NCBI RefSeq assembly: GCF_009914755.1
Contig: NC_060947.1
DNA from: the human T2T-CHM13v2.0 reference genome, Homo sapiens
Reading direction: 5' to 3' (one strand)
DNA length: 64,000 nucleotides
Shown here piece by piece: positions 1-29,913 of this stretch; within the stretch, counting starts at the first letter, position 1; every line of letters begins with the position of its first letter. Both the position numbers and the translations under genes were made by a program. The notes beneath the pieces were generated by a model. The model saw nothing but the letters and a program-made list of their open reading frames with translations, searched no databases and had not been told where the DNA came from.

Positions 1-38
1 TGTGAGTGTCTCATGTGTGATGATTGTAAGTATATAAA

Positions 39-272
39 CCAGTTGTTCTCAACAGGGGCAATTTTGCCCTGCTCCCCAGAATATCTGGCAATGTCTGAAG
101 ACATTCTTGGTTGTCAAAACTGGAGAGGGGAAGTAGGGAGTGTTCTACTGGCATCTAGCGCATAGAGGCCAAGGATGCTGCTCAGCATCCTATAATGCAT
201 AGAACAGTCCCCCTACTCAACAAAAAAAGAATTATACTACCAGAAAAGCCAATAGTGCTTGTGCTGAAAAAC
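39..272. mobile_element. MER20-like hAT-Charlie MITE
   Basis: Starts cagttgttctcaac..ggggcaattttgccc, with internal tggcaatgtctgaagacatt and gaggccaaggatgctgct typical of MER20. Confidence 0.75.
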
Positions 273-1039
273 CAAAAGAGAAACAGGAGTACTATCTACT
301 TTGTGAAACATAATAGAATGGTCAAATATGGGTGTTAGTGTTCTAGAGGATTTTTAAAACTGAATAATGAAGGATTAATAAGCTCTCTTGTTTTCTAAGA
401 TTTACTTCTGTTCTTTAGAGCAAGTTTCTGTTTTGAACAGAGTCCATTGATGTGCTTTAAGAGATTGCTGAATGGTCTGAAATTATACCCAATATCGTGT
501 GTATATAAGTACTTATCTGGGAGGAGGAGCTGTGAGATTCTCAAAGGGGTCCATGGCCACCCAAAAGATGAGAAACCACTTGTTTGGAGAAACCTTGTGC
601 TTCTGGACTGTACTTTTAAAAATGTCATTTTGTGGAATGCATGTTCTGCAAAATGTTTAGAAACATGTGTCCTGGAGGTTGTCCTTTAGAATGGCCTTGC
701 AAGGCAGCTAAGTGTGGTGAAAGCTTAGCTTGGCCTCTTCCTGGTTGTCAGGATTATACCAGTTTCATTGGGTTGTTAGGAGACCATGTAAGGTAACTTA
801 CATAAGCCTCACTGAAGTGTTAGGCACATCGCATGTGCTCAATAAATGTTAATTCTTTTCTTTCTCATAGGATTTTTGTGAGAATTGAATACAATAATGC
901 TTTGAGAACTAAATAAACTAATGCATGTGGCACAATGTCTGGCAGCAGTAGATGTTTAATAAATGTTTACTTTTCTCTCATGTATTCCTTAAACCAAAAT
1001 CCCGGACCCTGCTGAAAGTAAGGAAAAGAGGATAAGCCC

Positions 1040-1250
1040 AGAAATCACACAGGTTTGGGATGGAATCCTGACTCTACTACTTTACTAGTTGATCCTGGGC
1101 AAGTTACTTTCTGAGTCTTACTTTTCTCATTGGTAAATGGGGTATAATGCCTACTTCCCAGGGTTGCTGACAGACATATATGAGATAATATATGTAAAGA
1201 ACCTAGCATATATACACTAGGGATATAATTGGTGCTTCATAAATGTTAAG
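1040..1250 (+). mobile_element. MIR SINE fragment
   Basis: MIR core-like ctgggcaagttactt...ttttctcattggtaaatggggtataat...gggttg...tgagataatatatgtaaag. Confidence 0.65.
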
Positions 1251-1977
1251 TTCCTTTTGTATTTAAAGAGTTCCTAAATCCTACCTATATGAAGCATTTT
1301 CTACAGTAGGAAGATAGTTTGCTGAATGCCTGGTACTATGACTTTATCTAAATATAAAACTCAAATATACAATTTCTATTGTTTTTGCTCATACTCACCT
1401 TCATTCATATATGATAATATTTAATTTTGATATTTTTCAATGTTTTGTTCCATGAGCTGTCAGTATTATTAGCAAGAGCTGTGAGGCTAAAATCACATAG
1501 TACCTAATACAGCACCATACTCAGTTTCTACACTTATTAGGCACTCACTGGGTACTAAACTGTCAGCATTTAGGGACTAAGAGGTAATAGGTCCCTGGCT
1601 GTGATATTTTTACCAATATTTATTAACAATTAACAATAATATTAATGATATCTAAAATTTATTGAGTGCTTACTATATGTCAGCCACCATTCTAAACACT
1701 TTACTTAGACCAACACATTTAATACTCACATTAATCTCCATTTTATGGGTGAGAAAACTGAGGGACACTGGTTAAATGATTTGCTCAACTTGCCTAGTAC
1801 ATTTTGTTACTATGATCCTTCCCTAGAGCTGGTCAATAAAAGTAGGTCTGTCTGATAAATATATTTATTTCATTTTTAAAGTTTTAGTTACAAAAATGTG
1901 TTTACATTCTTTTAAGATGTCATATACACATGGTAAAAATTTCAAAAGGTACCAGAAGGAATATAATGAACAGTAAG

Positions 1978-16478
<14,501 letters not shown>

Positions 16479-16490
16479 TTAGAGGGAACA

Positions 16491-17490
16491 AACAGAAAAC
16501 ATACTGTTTAAATAAAATGGCAGACTTAAGCCCTAACATATCAATAACTACATTAAAAGTAAATCGCCTAAACACACCATTGGAAAGACAGAGATGGCAG
16601 AATAGGTTAAAAAAAAACACAATCCAATTATATCCTGTCTACAAGAAACTCACTTCAAATGTAATGATATAGGGACATTTTTTAAAGGGATGGAAAAGAT
16701 AAGGTATGTAAACAGTAATTAAAAGAAAGCACTTCTTTTCTTTAGTCATTTCCTTTCTGTTTAGTTTCTTAAAAACAACACACCTATTCTTACAATATGA
16801 TATAGCATTTGCATTCCTAGGCATTGTTCCCAGAGATATGAAAACTTATATCCACACAAAAACTGTATATAAGTGTTTAATTTTAATAGCCAAAATTGGA
16901 AACAACTCAAATGGAGAAATGATTAAACAACCTATGGTACATCTATACCATGGAATACCATTCATCCATAAAAAGGAATGAACTATTAATGTATGGAACA
17001 AATTGGATGGATCTCAAGGGAATTATCCTGAGGGCAAAATCCAATCTCAACAACTCACATAATGTATCATTCCACTTATATCACATTGTCTAAATGAAAA
17101 AGTCATAGAGATGAAGAAAGGTCAGTGATTGCCAAGGGTTCGTGATGGAGTAGGGGAAAAGAAGGCAGCAGTGGCTATAAAAGGGTAGCACAAGGAAGGT
17201 CTCTGTGATAATGGAACAGCGCTGTATCCTGACGACGGTAGTAGTTACATCAATCTATACATATAATAAAATTGCCTATGCACACACAGGCACACACAAA
17301 TGGGCTCATGTAAAACTGGTCAAATTTAAATAAGGTCTGCTGTACCAATGTCAATTTCCTGGTTTTTTTACTGCAGTATAGTCATGTAAGAAGTTACCAC
17401 TGGGGGGAACTGAGTGAAGAGTACATGGTACCTCTTTGTAGTACCTTTACAATGGTCTGTGAATCTATAATCTTTTCAAGAAAAAAGAAG
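16491..17490 (+). mobile_element. Ancient L1M continuation (ORF2 start, then 3' end)
   Basis: MADLSPNISITTLKVNRLNTP-like endonuclease start, followed by an old L1 3'UTR-like sequence. Confidence 0.7.
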
Positions 17491-17772
17491 CTAAGGAAAT
17501 CATTGGATGAGATGAAATAAAAAAAATTCATTGGATGGAATGAATAGTAGATTGTATACTAAGGAATCAGTAAACTTGAAGACTGATCAATAGAAATCAA
17601 ACAAACTGTAGCCTGGAGAGAAAAAAACTGAAAAAAATAGTAAGCTCACTTCAGTGTCTTGTAGGACAGCATCAATCAAACATATTTGTAATTAGAGTCC
17701 CAGAAGAACAGGAAAGGGAGAATAAGTTAAAAAAAAAATAAAGAAATACTGGCTGATACTTTTTCCAAATCA

Positions 17773-17984
17773 CAGGTTGAGTATCCCTAATCTGAAAATC
17801 CAAAATCTGAAATGTTCTAAAATATGAAACTTTTTGAGTCCTGATATGATGTTCAAAGGAAATGTTCACTGGAGCATTTTAGATTTTGAATTTCCAGATT
17901 GCAAATATTACAAAATCTGAAAAAAAATCTGAAATCCAAAACATTTCTGGTCCCAAGTGTTTTAAAAAAGTGATACCCAACCTG
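17773..17984. mobile_element. Tigger4/MER46-like MITE inside an old L1 ORF1 fragment (~17500-18595)
   Basis: Terminal inverted repeats caggttgagtatc / gatacccaacctg followed by TA; internal aaaatctgaaa repeats. Confidence 0.8.
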
Positions 17985-18062
17985 TATATAAAAATTAGCA
18001 ACCCACAAATCCAAGAAGTTAGGGAATCCCACATAGGATAAATACAAACAAATGTACACTGA

Positions 18063-18394
<332 letters not shown>

Positions 18395-19043
18395 CACAGT
18401 AAAGGTTTGAATACCAAATATAAATTTATAAAGGTAGCCAGAGGGGAAAAGATACATTATATACAGGGAAACAATAATAATAAGACTAATATCCATCAGA
18501 AACAACAGAAGCCAGAAGAAAAGAAAAACTGTAAATGTAGAATTTAAATCCTACAAAAATATTCTTCAAAAATGAAGGCAGAGAAAATGAAGGCAGATAA
18601 CTAAAGGACTTCGGCTTCTGGCCATGAGGGCGAGATTACTTTCTCTCTAGAGACAACTGGAAAATTAACAAATTACAGGAAACATCTATTTTCAGAAATT
18701 GGACAATAAACAGTACAAGATACTGATTCCTGAAAGACAGAGGATACGAATGAGGTGAACCCTACTTTCACCCAGGCTTTCTACCTGGAAGTAATCCCTG
18801 GACTGTGGTGTAGGAAGGGGGAATCCAAACAGAGCCCAGCAATCTCACTGAGTAGAGGAGATGGATATTGGAGTTCAGAGAGGCCAAGGTGGTTAGAAAT
18901 TGTAGAGATGGAGCTAAGCCAAAAAAAGAATACTAGAAATATACGTAGAAGTCTACTTGAGTCTTTTGAAGAATACCAGTCTGAACATGTATAGGGTACA
19001 ACTTCACAAGAGTAGTCCTGAAAAACTTACAGAAAAACAATTA

Positions 19044-19410
<367 letters not shown>

Positions 19411-20062
19411 TCACAAAGGGCCAAATTGAAGAGATCTCACTGAATACCTGGGGTAACAGTATAGGCTTCACAGGGGTAGTACATTCAAAGCAGGCTAAAT
19501 TAGCCCTAGAATAAAAAGGCTAGTCAAGACCTACTCTAAATTAATTTCAAAACAAAACTGGAAAAGGATCAAACTGATCCACAATAACTTAATTATCAGG
19601 AAAAAAGTATAATCCTCTTGAAATCCAATTATTTAAAATCCAGAATTCAACAATATAAAAGTCATGACATTTGATATCCAATAAAAAATTACTAAACATG
19701 CAAAGAAGTAGGCAAATGTGACCTATAATCTGAAGAAAAATCAGTTAACAGAAACAGACCCAGAAATGACAGAAATGATGGAGTTAGTAGACAAGGACTC
19801 TAAAACAGCTATTATAAATATGCTCCATATGCTTAAGGAGGTAAAAAAAATATGAACCTAGTGAGGAGAGAAATTAAAAATATTTTTAAGAATGGAAATT
19901 CTAGAGATGAAAAACACAATATTTGAAATGGAAATTTCACTGGATGAGATTAAGAGCAGGTGTACTGCAGAATAAAAGATCAATGAACTTGAAGGCAAAG
20001 CAATGGAAACTCTTCAAAATACATCACAGGGAGAAATAAAAGACTGAAAAAAAAAAAAAATA

Positions 20063-20363
20063 GGCCGGGCATGGTGGCTCATGCCCATAATTCCAGCACT
20101 TTGGGAGGCTGAGGCAAGAAGATTGCTTGAGCCCAGGAGTGGCAGATCAGCCTGGACAACAGCCTGGGCAACACAGTGAGAGCTTGTCTCTACAAAATAA
20201 AACAATTAACCAGGCATGGTGGAGTGCACCTGTAGTCCTATTTACCTGGGAGGGTGAGGTGGGAGGATCGCTTGAGCCCAGGAAGTTGAGGCTGCAGTAA
20301 GCTATGACTATACCACTGCGCTCAAGCCTGGCTGACGGAGTAAGACTCTGTCTCTTAAAAATA

Positions 20364-20423
<60 letters not shown>

Positions 20424-20437
20424 AAAAGAAAGAAAAA
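20063..20437 (+). mobile_element. AluJ with (GAAA)n microsatellite tail
   Basis: AluJ diagnostics (ttgagcccagga, gaggctgcagt). GAAA array at ~20362-20437. Confidence 0.9.
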
Positions 20438-21099
20438 GTAAAAAGGTCACAGTGAATGATGCATGAAACTTCAACATAACTGGTCTAACTAGGTTTAGCT
20501 GGAGTCTTAGAAGTAGAAGAAAGAAAGAAGTAACAGAAAAAAATAGTGGTTGAAATATTTCCAAATTTGATAAAAACTATAAACCCACAGATCCTAGCTC
20601 AATGCATCTCAGACAGGATAAATCCAAAGACAACCACATGACAGCATATTAGAATCCAGCTGCCGAAAACTAGTTATAAAGAGAAAACTTAGCAGCCAAA
20701 GAAATATGACACATATTATACAAGGGAACAAAGATGAAAATTTATCACAGACTTCTCATGAGGAAATATGTAAGCAAGAAGGCAATGAAATAATATCTTT
20801 GAAGTGCTAAAAGAAAAATTATCAACCTAGAATTCTACACCTAGTGAAAATATCTTTCCAGAATTAAGACAAAATAGAAACTTTTTCAGACAAACAAAAG
20901 CTGAGAATTTGTTGCTAGCAGACCTACGGTATAAGAAAAATGAACTGAAGTTCCTAGGCAGAATGCAGTTTGTGCCAGATGGAAACCTGGATCTACACAA
21001 AATATTGAAAAATGCTGGAATGGATGAATATAAAAGATATTTTCTTACTCATAATTTCTTTAGAAGACCATGTAGGGTCATGTTGGAATCAGCAGATCC

Positions 21100-23200
21100 A
21101 GTGGTGGCTGCCTATGTACTGAGCTCAAAGGACTGCCACCGAAGGCCAGAGAGGAGCAAAGCATGCTGTTACCCTGGTGGCAGACAGGAAATGGAGTAAC
21201 ACGGTCCAGCCAAACACAGCCCAATTAGGGATATAAGGGGTGTTGTCCAGAGCTAAAAGACTTGCTTTCTCAAACCAGGGCCACAACATCTATGTTTATA
21301 GAGCTGAAAAAGATGAAACTGAAACATCAGTAAGGGTTCTGACCCATGGAAGGAAGAACTTTACTTAAAAAAACTGGGTGAAATTGTAAATAAGAAATGA
21401 AATATGATTAAAATTATCTTTATATATGTAACGAATTTACCTTATAGTGTCTTATGCAACAGAACATTTTTGAACAGTTTCAAAATAATTCGTCATTTAA
21501 ATTGTAGCATCATTTTTAGACCATTCATTCATAGTTAAGGGAAAAGGAATTGAATATATTAAGTGTAGACATGATGAACTCAAATAGCCAAGAATTGTTT
21601 GTTGCACCTTTTCAAACTAGAAATTAAAAAGTCATTGCAGCATGTTATAGGTAAGTTATTTTACTGCATTGGCTAGAGAATTCCACATTATAGCTTGGAG
21701 ACCAATAAAGCCTTGGACAATTGACATTGCTCACTGCCTATTGGATGAAAAGTTAGTAAAATAGCTTACAGCATTGTCTTTTCTCAATGGCACAGTAACT
21801 TGTTTATTTAAACATTTAGCTGTAATCATGAAGACTTAGTTAGCATCTCATTTACAGAATTTATTCGCACCTTACAAACAGACAAATCTACAAATATGGC
21901 TGGGCTTACAGTTTTGCTTGTAGTCAGTCATGTGGTATCAGCACTAACTAATCTTTGAAGACGATCTTCTTTTATGTGAATGGTTGGCAACAAACATGAG
22001 TAGTGCTAAAATGTTCAAAGTGCTGAATAACTTTGAATCTCATGGTTTATGCTGGAGCAACTTTGTTTATATTTGCATGGAGGTGCAAAAGCAATGGTGG
22101 GTAAAACTGCAGATACTATGGTACAAATTAAGGCAATAGCACCAAAGTATACCAGCAGTTATTGTATTATTTACTGACATGCACTTATAGTAAAATAAAA
22201 TCCAATTTGACCTAAGAATGTCCCTGATAAAGCACTAAAAAGTATTAATTTTATTAAATCCTGATGCTGGATTTAATATTCTGTGTGATGAAATTGGAGG
22301 TATACGTAAGGTGCTTCTGGTATAAACTGTGCTATGGTGGTTGTCTTGAGGAAAAGCATGTCAAGTTTTGAGCTTAACTAGCCACATTTTTCATAGAACA
22401 TCATTTTTGCTTGAAAGAATGATGGATAAGGCATGATTAAATACTTGGACATTTGGCAAATATTTTCTCAAAAATGAAATAAGTTTGTCACTTCAGGGCA
22501 AACAACTGACAGCATTTCTTGCCAATGATAATATTCACATTTTTTGAGTGAAAATTAGAATTTTAGGAAACTTCATTCTGCCACTGGGAGCATAACAGCT
22601 TCTCAATACTTAAGCTTTTTTTCCAGTGAGATCGGTGGTGAGATCAATGACTGATTTTTTGATACTGCATAAAATGTGTTAGCATTTGGAATATTTGCAT
22701 AACTTAGTGAACTAATATTTTCCAAATAACCAATATGTATAAGATGGGTCAAATATCCACTCAAAGAATAAGATGACCAATGAGTTTTAATGTAATAGTA
22801 CATAAAAAGTTCACTGATACGGTTTCAGATTCCACACTGGATTAACCTTTAAGAAACTTTCATTTGTGAAGTTTTAGTGTAGTATCGAAGAATATCCATA
22901 ATTATCTGAAAGTGTATTAAAATACATTTTCCCTTTTCCAATTACATATCTATGTGAAGCTGGATTTTCTTTATATATTTTTAAAAAAACAACATCTCAA
23001 AACACACTGAATGTAGAAGCAGGTATGAGAAGTCAGCTGTCTTCTATTAAGCCAGATGTTAAAGAAATGGGCAAAAGGGTATAACAATGACATTTTTCTT
23101 AAGAAATTTCTTTTTATCTTTGAAAATACAGTTATTTTTCATCAAAACATGTTATTTGTGCTAATATATGCTGGATTTATTCTACTTAAAATGAATTAGT
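21100..23200 (+). mobile_element. Charlie1-like hAT DNA transposon, decayed transposase
   Basis: No open frame. Sequence resembles Charlie1 as I recall it, especially the 3' end gtcagctgtcttctattaagccagatgttaaaga…aaaatacagttatttttcat. Boundaries approximate. Confidence 0.6.
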
Positions 23201-23378
23201 AAATATTTTAAAAACTAAAAAAATTGTTCAAAGCAAAACAATAACAATGTATCAAGAGGTTTATAACATATGCAAAAGTAAAATATATGACTACAATAGC
23301 ACAAAGAAAGAGAAAGGAAAAAAATGGAAGAACGCTGCTGTAAAGGTACTATATTATATGTGAAGTAATGTAATACTA

Positions 23379-23789
<411 letters not shown>

Positions 23790-25183
23790 TCAAAACCAGA
23801 CAAAGACACTACAAGAAAAGAAAACAACAGGCCAACATCCCTTATCAACATAGACACAAAAAAACCTTGACCAAGTTTCAGCAAAATGAATCCAGCAATA
23901 CATAAAAAGGATAATATAACATGACCAAGCAGGGTTTATTCCAGGAATGCAAAGTCAGTTTAACATTAAAAAATCAGTGCAATTTACTGTACTAACAATA
24001 AAGGAGGATACCATATGATCATTTCAATAGATGAAGAAAAACATTTGACAAAATCAGTACTCATTTGTGAGAAAAAAAAAAGTCTCAGTAAATTAGGAAT
24101 AGAAGGGAACTTCCTCAACCTAAAAAAGAACATTTTTGAAAAATCCTACAGCTAATATCACACTTCATAGTGAAGATTAAGCACTTTCCCCCTGTGACTG
24201 GGGACCAGATAAAGATATTCACACACCATTTCCACTCAGCATTGCACTGGAGGTCCCAACCAGTGAAAAAGGTGAGAAAAAGAAATAAAAGACATGAAGA
24301 TTATACAGAAAGAAAATTCTCTTTATTCACAGATGATGTTTGCATACATGGATTATGCTAAGCAATCTACAAAAAAGTTACTAGAGCTAATAAGTAAATT
24401 TAGCAAGGTTACATTATTCAAGATCAATATGAAAAGTCAATTGTCCTTCAATATTCTGGCAACAAACTATTGGAAATTGAAATGAAAATACCATTTACAT
24501 AGGATCAAAATAATGAAATACAGTACTTAGGGATAAATTCAATAATATTTGTGTAAGATGTGTTTACTGGAGAGTACAGATTATAATTTGGAATTAAAGA
24601 AGACTCAAGTAAATAGAAAGATAAATTCATGGCTTAAAAGATTAAATATTGTTATGATGTTACTCCTGCACAAATCAATCTATAGATTCAGTGCCATCTA
24701 CAGGTTACAGTGCAAGAAGGCTGTTTTTTTATTAGTAACATATACTTGTATATAAATTGACCTAATTCTTTTTAATGGCTACATATGTTCCCTAATATGA
24801 ATGAGGTACAGTTTAATCAGTCCATAAAAAGCAGTCTGGTTAAGTAGTGTTAATATTTTCCATTAGTAAACCTATGTGATGATACACATATACATACACA
24901 CACACACACACACACCCCAGCCCTACTCTATCCTAGATAAGTCACGGGATCTAAATAGTAGTACTGGACTATAGAACATTTTTATACATAATAATCCATG
25001 TGATTGTGCTAAATTTGCCATGTACTGGTCTTTTCATGGTACCATGACACCTTTGGGCTTTCCCTATGGTAGAGATATCTGGGCCAATCATACATACAAG
25101 CTCCATTCTTCTCAGCTTTCCCAGCTGGGACTGCTTGGCTGGCCAACCTGGCTCCCCAGTGCTCTGGCTGAAACTAACTTCCT

Positions 25184-25249
25184 CATCACTGGCTTTATGC
25201 CATCACTGGCCTTATGGCATCACTGGCTTTATGGTATCACCGGTTTTAT
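25184..25249. repeat. 17-bp minisatellite, ~3.9 copies
   Basis: catcactggctttatgc / catcactggccttatgg / catcactggctttatgg / tatcaccggttttat. Confidence 0.9.
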
Positions 25250-27006
25250 ATTTTATGAGCGCTATACTTGAAGTCCTACCCTTATCACTTCTAATATTTG
25301 TGCTGGGCTTCTGCCTTCTGAACTCCATTCCCTGCATTGGTAATATAATGTTCTCCCATGGATACACCTGTTTCCTATAGCTGGGCTACCTGATACCTCT
25401 TGCAAAGGATGGAAAGTTGCTATTAAGGTTAAATTGGGTTCCCAGAGAAAGGCTAGATTACGCTTCCAATTCTTTCATCTTAAAAAAATAGAAGTTTCCC
25501 AATATGAATATTGAGACACTTACTCAAACACTCATTTATTCAACTAGGTGGTGGCTACTTAACACTCAGCTAAGCACTAGGGTTGGGGGCGTGGTGCAGA
25601 CAACCAAAACAATGATGACCAAATGAATGGCACAGACTGTAAGTGTTATAGGTATATATTTGAATCTCTTAACAGGTCTGCGTTTCTCAAGTCTCTCCTC
25701 TTTGCAATCTATCTCTACCAACTGAGCTTTTTAAAAGTTAAAGCTCATTTGTTTTCACAGAAAAAAGTGTAAGCTCTTTAATGTAGCATTCAGGGCTCTT
25801 CATAATCTGGCCTTAACTTCCATTCAAGCCTTAATCCTTCCTACTGTCTCTCATATACCCTGTAATCTACACATAGCAAATTTTTCACTGGTCCCATGAG
25901 GCACCAGTCCCTTTCTGATCTTTGTTCCCTCTGCCTAGAATGCCTTTTTCTTCTTCTTCACCTAGCGAACTCCTAATCAGCCTCTAAGAGTCAGTTCAAA
26001 GTCTTGTTGAAACATATCCCCTATGGTCCTCATCTGTCCTGGATGTGAGCACATTGTTCTGTCACCTTTATTAGATCGTGAGATTTTGGAGGGCACTGGG
26101 ATTATCTCATTAGTCTTTGTATCTCTGAATCCAGGTCTCAATAAGGCCTGGCAAATAGTAGGGGCCCAACACATAATTGTTAAATGAAACAAGGAATAAA
26201 TGAACGTGAAGGAAGAGCTCAAAGGGGATTGATGTATTTAGGTAAGGGTTTTTGAAGGGCACAGGACTTGAAGCTGGACCTAGGAAGATAATAGAGAAGT
26301 AGGGAACGGGCATTTGGAGGAGGAGGATTATTACCCTAGGAGATGAAAGAACTAAAGCCCAAGACTGAGAGCGAAGAGAGTGAGGTCAGCCCGGCTGCAA
26401 CTGACCACTGCATTATCTTGACCTTTTCACCTACTAGATTTCTTGATTATATTTTCAGCTCATGGAGGGCAGGGTATTTTATGTACTCCTTTGTATCCCC
26501 TTTATATTTGATGCACATCTCCACAGTCACTCTTCCTACTGTCTTATTCTTTTTCTGCTCTGTATTATAACTATCTGTGCATTTGCATGTCTCCCCAGCA
26601 CTTACACCACCCTCCCTCCCTAGCTGCTTGAGGTAGGGGATGAATTTCTCTCTTTGCATCTCCTAAGACATTTAGCATGGTGTCTGGCACATAATGGGTG
26701 CTCAGCAAATATTTTTTGATCTACCATTTGTTAATCTGATTTCAGAGGACCACAAGGATATTTGTGTGCAACTGTGTATTGTGCCACAGAACTTATATGA
26801 CTTCACACTGTGTAGCCTAGTTTTGGCAATTTTCATTAAAATGTTATCTTATTGTACCTGTAAGACTGTCATTTCAATTTTATTCTTTGTTCTTTCTTGC
26901 ATGACTCACATCTCTTAAACCAGAAGGATATGACAGAAGGAATTCACAAAAGGTTTGGACAAATTTATGAATGACATAGTCATAAATGTCTGGGTATAAG
27001 AAGTGA

Positions 27007-27339
<333 letters not shown>

Positions 27340-28905
27340 GAGAACTTGCATTTTTAAAGTGCCTATTAGATTCCAGGGAACTACGTGTTAGGCACTTGAC
27401 ATACATTATATCTCATTTAATCTTACAGAATATTTCAGTATAAAGACAGAACACCTATTTATGAGGCCCAGCTTACACCCATTCAGGCCCACAGCTTCTC
27501 CATGTACCAGAGGCGATATTCATCTTTATTAAAATTTTATCAATCTTTTAACACAGATGAAACTTTGGATTTGCTTTTGCTTCTCAGGAATAGAGCATTC
27601 ATTCTCAGTTCAGGCTTCTACAGCTTAAAACTTGTTTCTGACATAACTTGATCAGTTTATAAAGTCCCAGAGCTTTAAATTACAATGCAATCTGAGATAT
27701 TCCCACAGCAATAACAGCGATTACATTTGTTCACAGCACTTACCTTTATATTTCATTAAGCTTCCAAATACTGAATAAAGGTAAGACAAACCAAGAAAAG
27801 AGACTTCTATTAACCCTGACATCAGCAAATTGTCTCAAATTATAGTGTACCTTCTATTTGTATTCTAGACATATTGAATGGTTTTTGTGAGATACATATT
27901 GTACCTCACCTGAGGTTAGGAGAAAATTGGAAGGAAATTAGTTTAAGTTGTTTCTAATTTTTAAAAAATAATAGCAACTTTAAAAAGCATCATGCTCCCA
28001 AGTGTACAGCTACTGTATCTGGCAGAAATCATAACATTAAAACCAAAGCAGCATCCCTAATCCTTGGGAAATAGCTTGAGAAGGTGGGGCTGCATGTACT
28101 GGTTTGTTATTTTAAGTCATCTAGTCTAAGGTCCGTAGTTATACATCTTGATCTATAACATGGTTCCTACTTGCAGGGGAACTGGGGTGATAGGTAGGAA
28201 CAAAGGTATGCCTTTGGATTAGGGATTATCAGCACACTCACAGGTCCCAGACAGCTTTCCATGAACTTGTTTTGGGAAAACTAGAACAGACATCTTTGCT
28301 TTGGAAAACATAAAGCCCATCTTGTATGACTAAAGAAAATGGCAAGGGCTCAAATGACGTTTCACATTTTGGATGGTCCTATTCCAGCCTCTGTGTGCCA
28401 CTAATTGCTAGAAAAACATCAGCAATGGTCTTTGTAGTGCTTGTGGGTTTCTTGAATTTTACATTAGTCAAAGAAAATTGAGAGATCAGGACTACCACCA
28501 AAGAACATGTGCCACGTACCACCTATGAAACTTCTTAAAAAAAAGATGAGAATCCAGCTTACACATTTTAAAAATAGCCCCTTCCTTTTTGAGGCTAGGG
28601 GATAAAAATATGCACATATTCCAAAGAATTCTTTGTGTGAACAGGTGACCCCTTCCCACAGTCTCTGTAATTAATTGAGAAATTAAAGTTGGTTGGCCTT
28701 TGAGATCTCTTGTAAAAAAACAAAAAGGCAGAAGGTCTTGGATATTTTGGAACAAGAGTCCACTATTCTGCCAAGACAGTGTGTTATTGTTATTGAAGTG
28801 TCTCTCAACAAAACGGTATTGAGTGGTGAGGACGTGATTTTGATTAGGTGGAATGACTCAGCTCTTCCCCTTAAAGAAGAGAGGACTTGTCAGAGCCTTA
28901 CTTAC

Positions 28906-29000
28906 CTCATGATCTGGGATCTCAGAGGATAGTGTTTTCCCTAGGATGACCCCGGTCAAGTATGTCCAGCATCGAGCCGTGTTGGCAAGGTTATAGCCTC
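28906..29000 (-). CDS. HDAC8: HDAC8 coding exon 9 (95 nt)
   Basis: Encodes (G)[31 protein letters not shown], including catalytic Y306. Acceptor ggagacag|GAGGC, donor CATGAG|gtaagt (phase 0). Confidence 0.98.
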
Positions 29001-29801
29001 CTGTCTCCATCAAGAATTGTGAAGTTAGGAAAGAATAGTCATAAAACAGCAGGAGAGGGAAGGGGGGTAAGGAAAGAGAGAAAAATGTTTTAAGAAAAGA
29101 CAACCTCAAATTGCAGAATTTCCCCTAATCCCCCCTTTGTGATATTTTTAAACCACCTAGTAGGCAGACTTTGGTGGACCAGTCAAATCATGCACAGTGT
29201 AAAACTGGGCAGTCCAAGGTCTGCAAAGATTAAATAGGCTCCCATCTCCCCAAAAATATGTACCTGAGGAATCCAAACTCCTCAGTTCCATCAAGAGCCA
29301 TCAGCAAGACTCAGATCTCTGGAATCCAGATCTCTTGAGGTGATCTACCCAATGGAAAGATTTCTGTGATGAATTTTGCAACAATTCTATAAAATGACTG
29401 CTGAATGTGATTTGTATTTTTAAAACTATTGGCAGATCTAGCCCTAAAAACCCAGGAAAGAGAAAAGGAAAATGCTGACAAAAACAGACTTCCTTCTTTT
29501 GATGTCAGCATTCCTTTTTGCCACAAAACATAGGCCTGGTGGCAGAGATCAAAGAGAGTGAGATGAGGAAGGGACCGTTGATGGATGCTCTGACCCATCT
29601 CGTCAGGTCCTGTCACAGTCACCCAACGGCCATATTATACTGGCTAATAATCAGCACATTTTTGTGCTGAATAGATGTGCTCTGCCATGCAAGCATTAGA
29701 ACATTGGCCTTTAGCTAAATTCTAAGAGTATAAGGGTAAAATGGAATGATTTCCTAATCTCAACGCAGCCTAAGGGAAACAGAATCTGGTCTATTTTAGA
29801 T

Positions 29802-29913
29802 AGGGTGACCATATAAATTATCATACAAAATGGTATACTTTTAAAAGTAAAAGAGGGCACTATTAATCATTACACTGGGATAACATGTATAAACTCGGAC
29901 ATATGGTCACTCT
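29802..29913. mobile_element. MER94-like hAT-Blackjack MITE
   Basis: Terminal inverted repeats agggtgaccatat / atatggtcactct. Confidence 0.75.

Noticed and set aside
1391-1497. Possible cryptic exon 1399-1485 (donor GAAG|gtgagt, acceptor gattttag)
   Set aside because: The polypyrimidine tract is weak, and pairs like this are expected by chance in long introns.
21100-23200. Domesticated hAT transposase gene
   Set aside because: No long ORF; many stops and indels.
25020-25380. ORFs with repeated HHW/ITGF motifs, or a CRISPR-like array
   Set aside because: These are translations of a spacer-less 17-bp tandem repeat in eukaryotic intron DNA.
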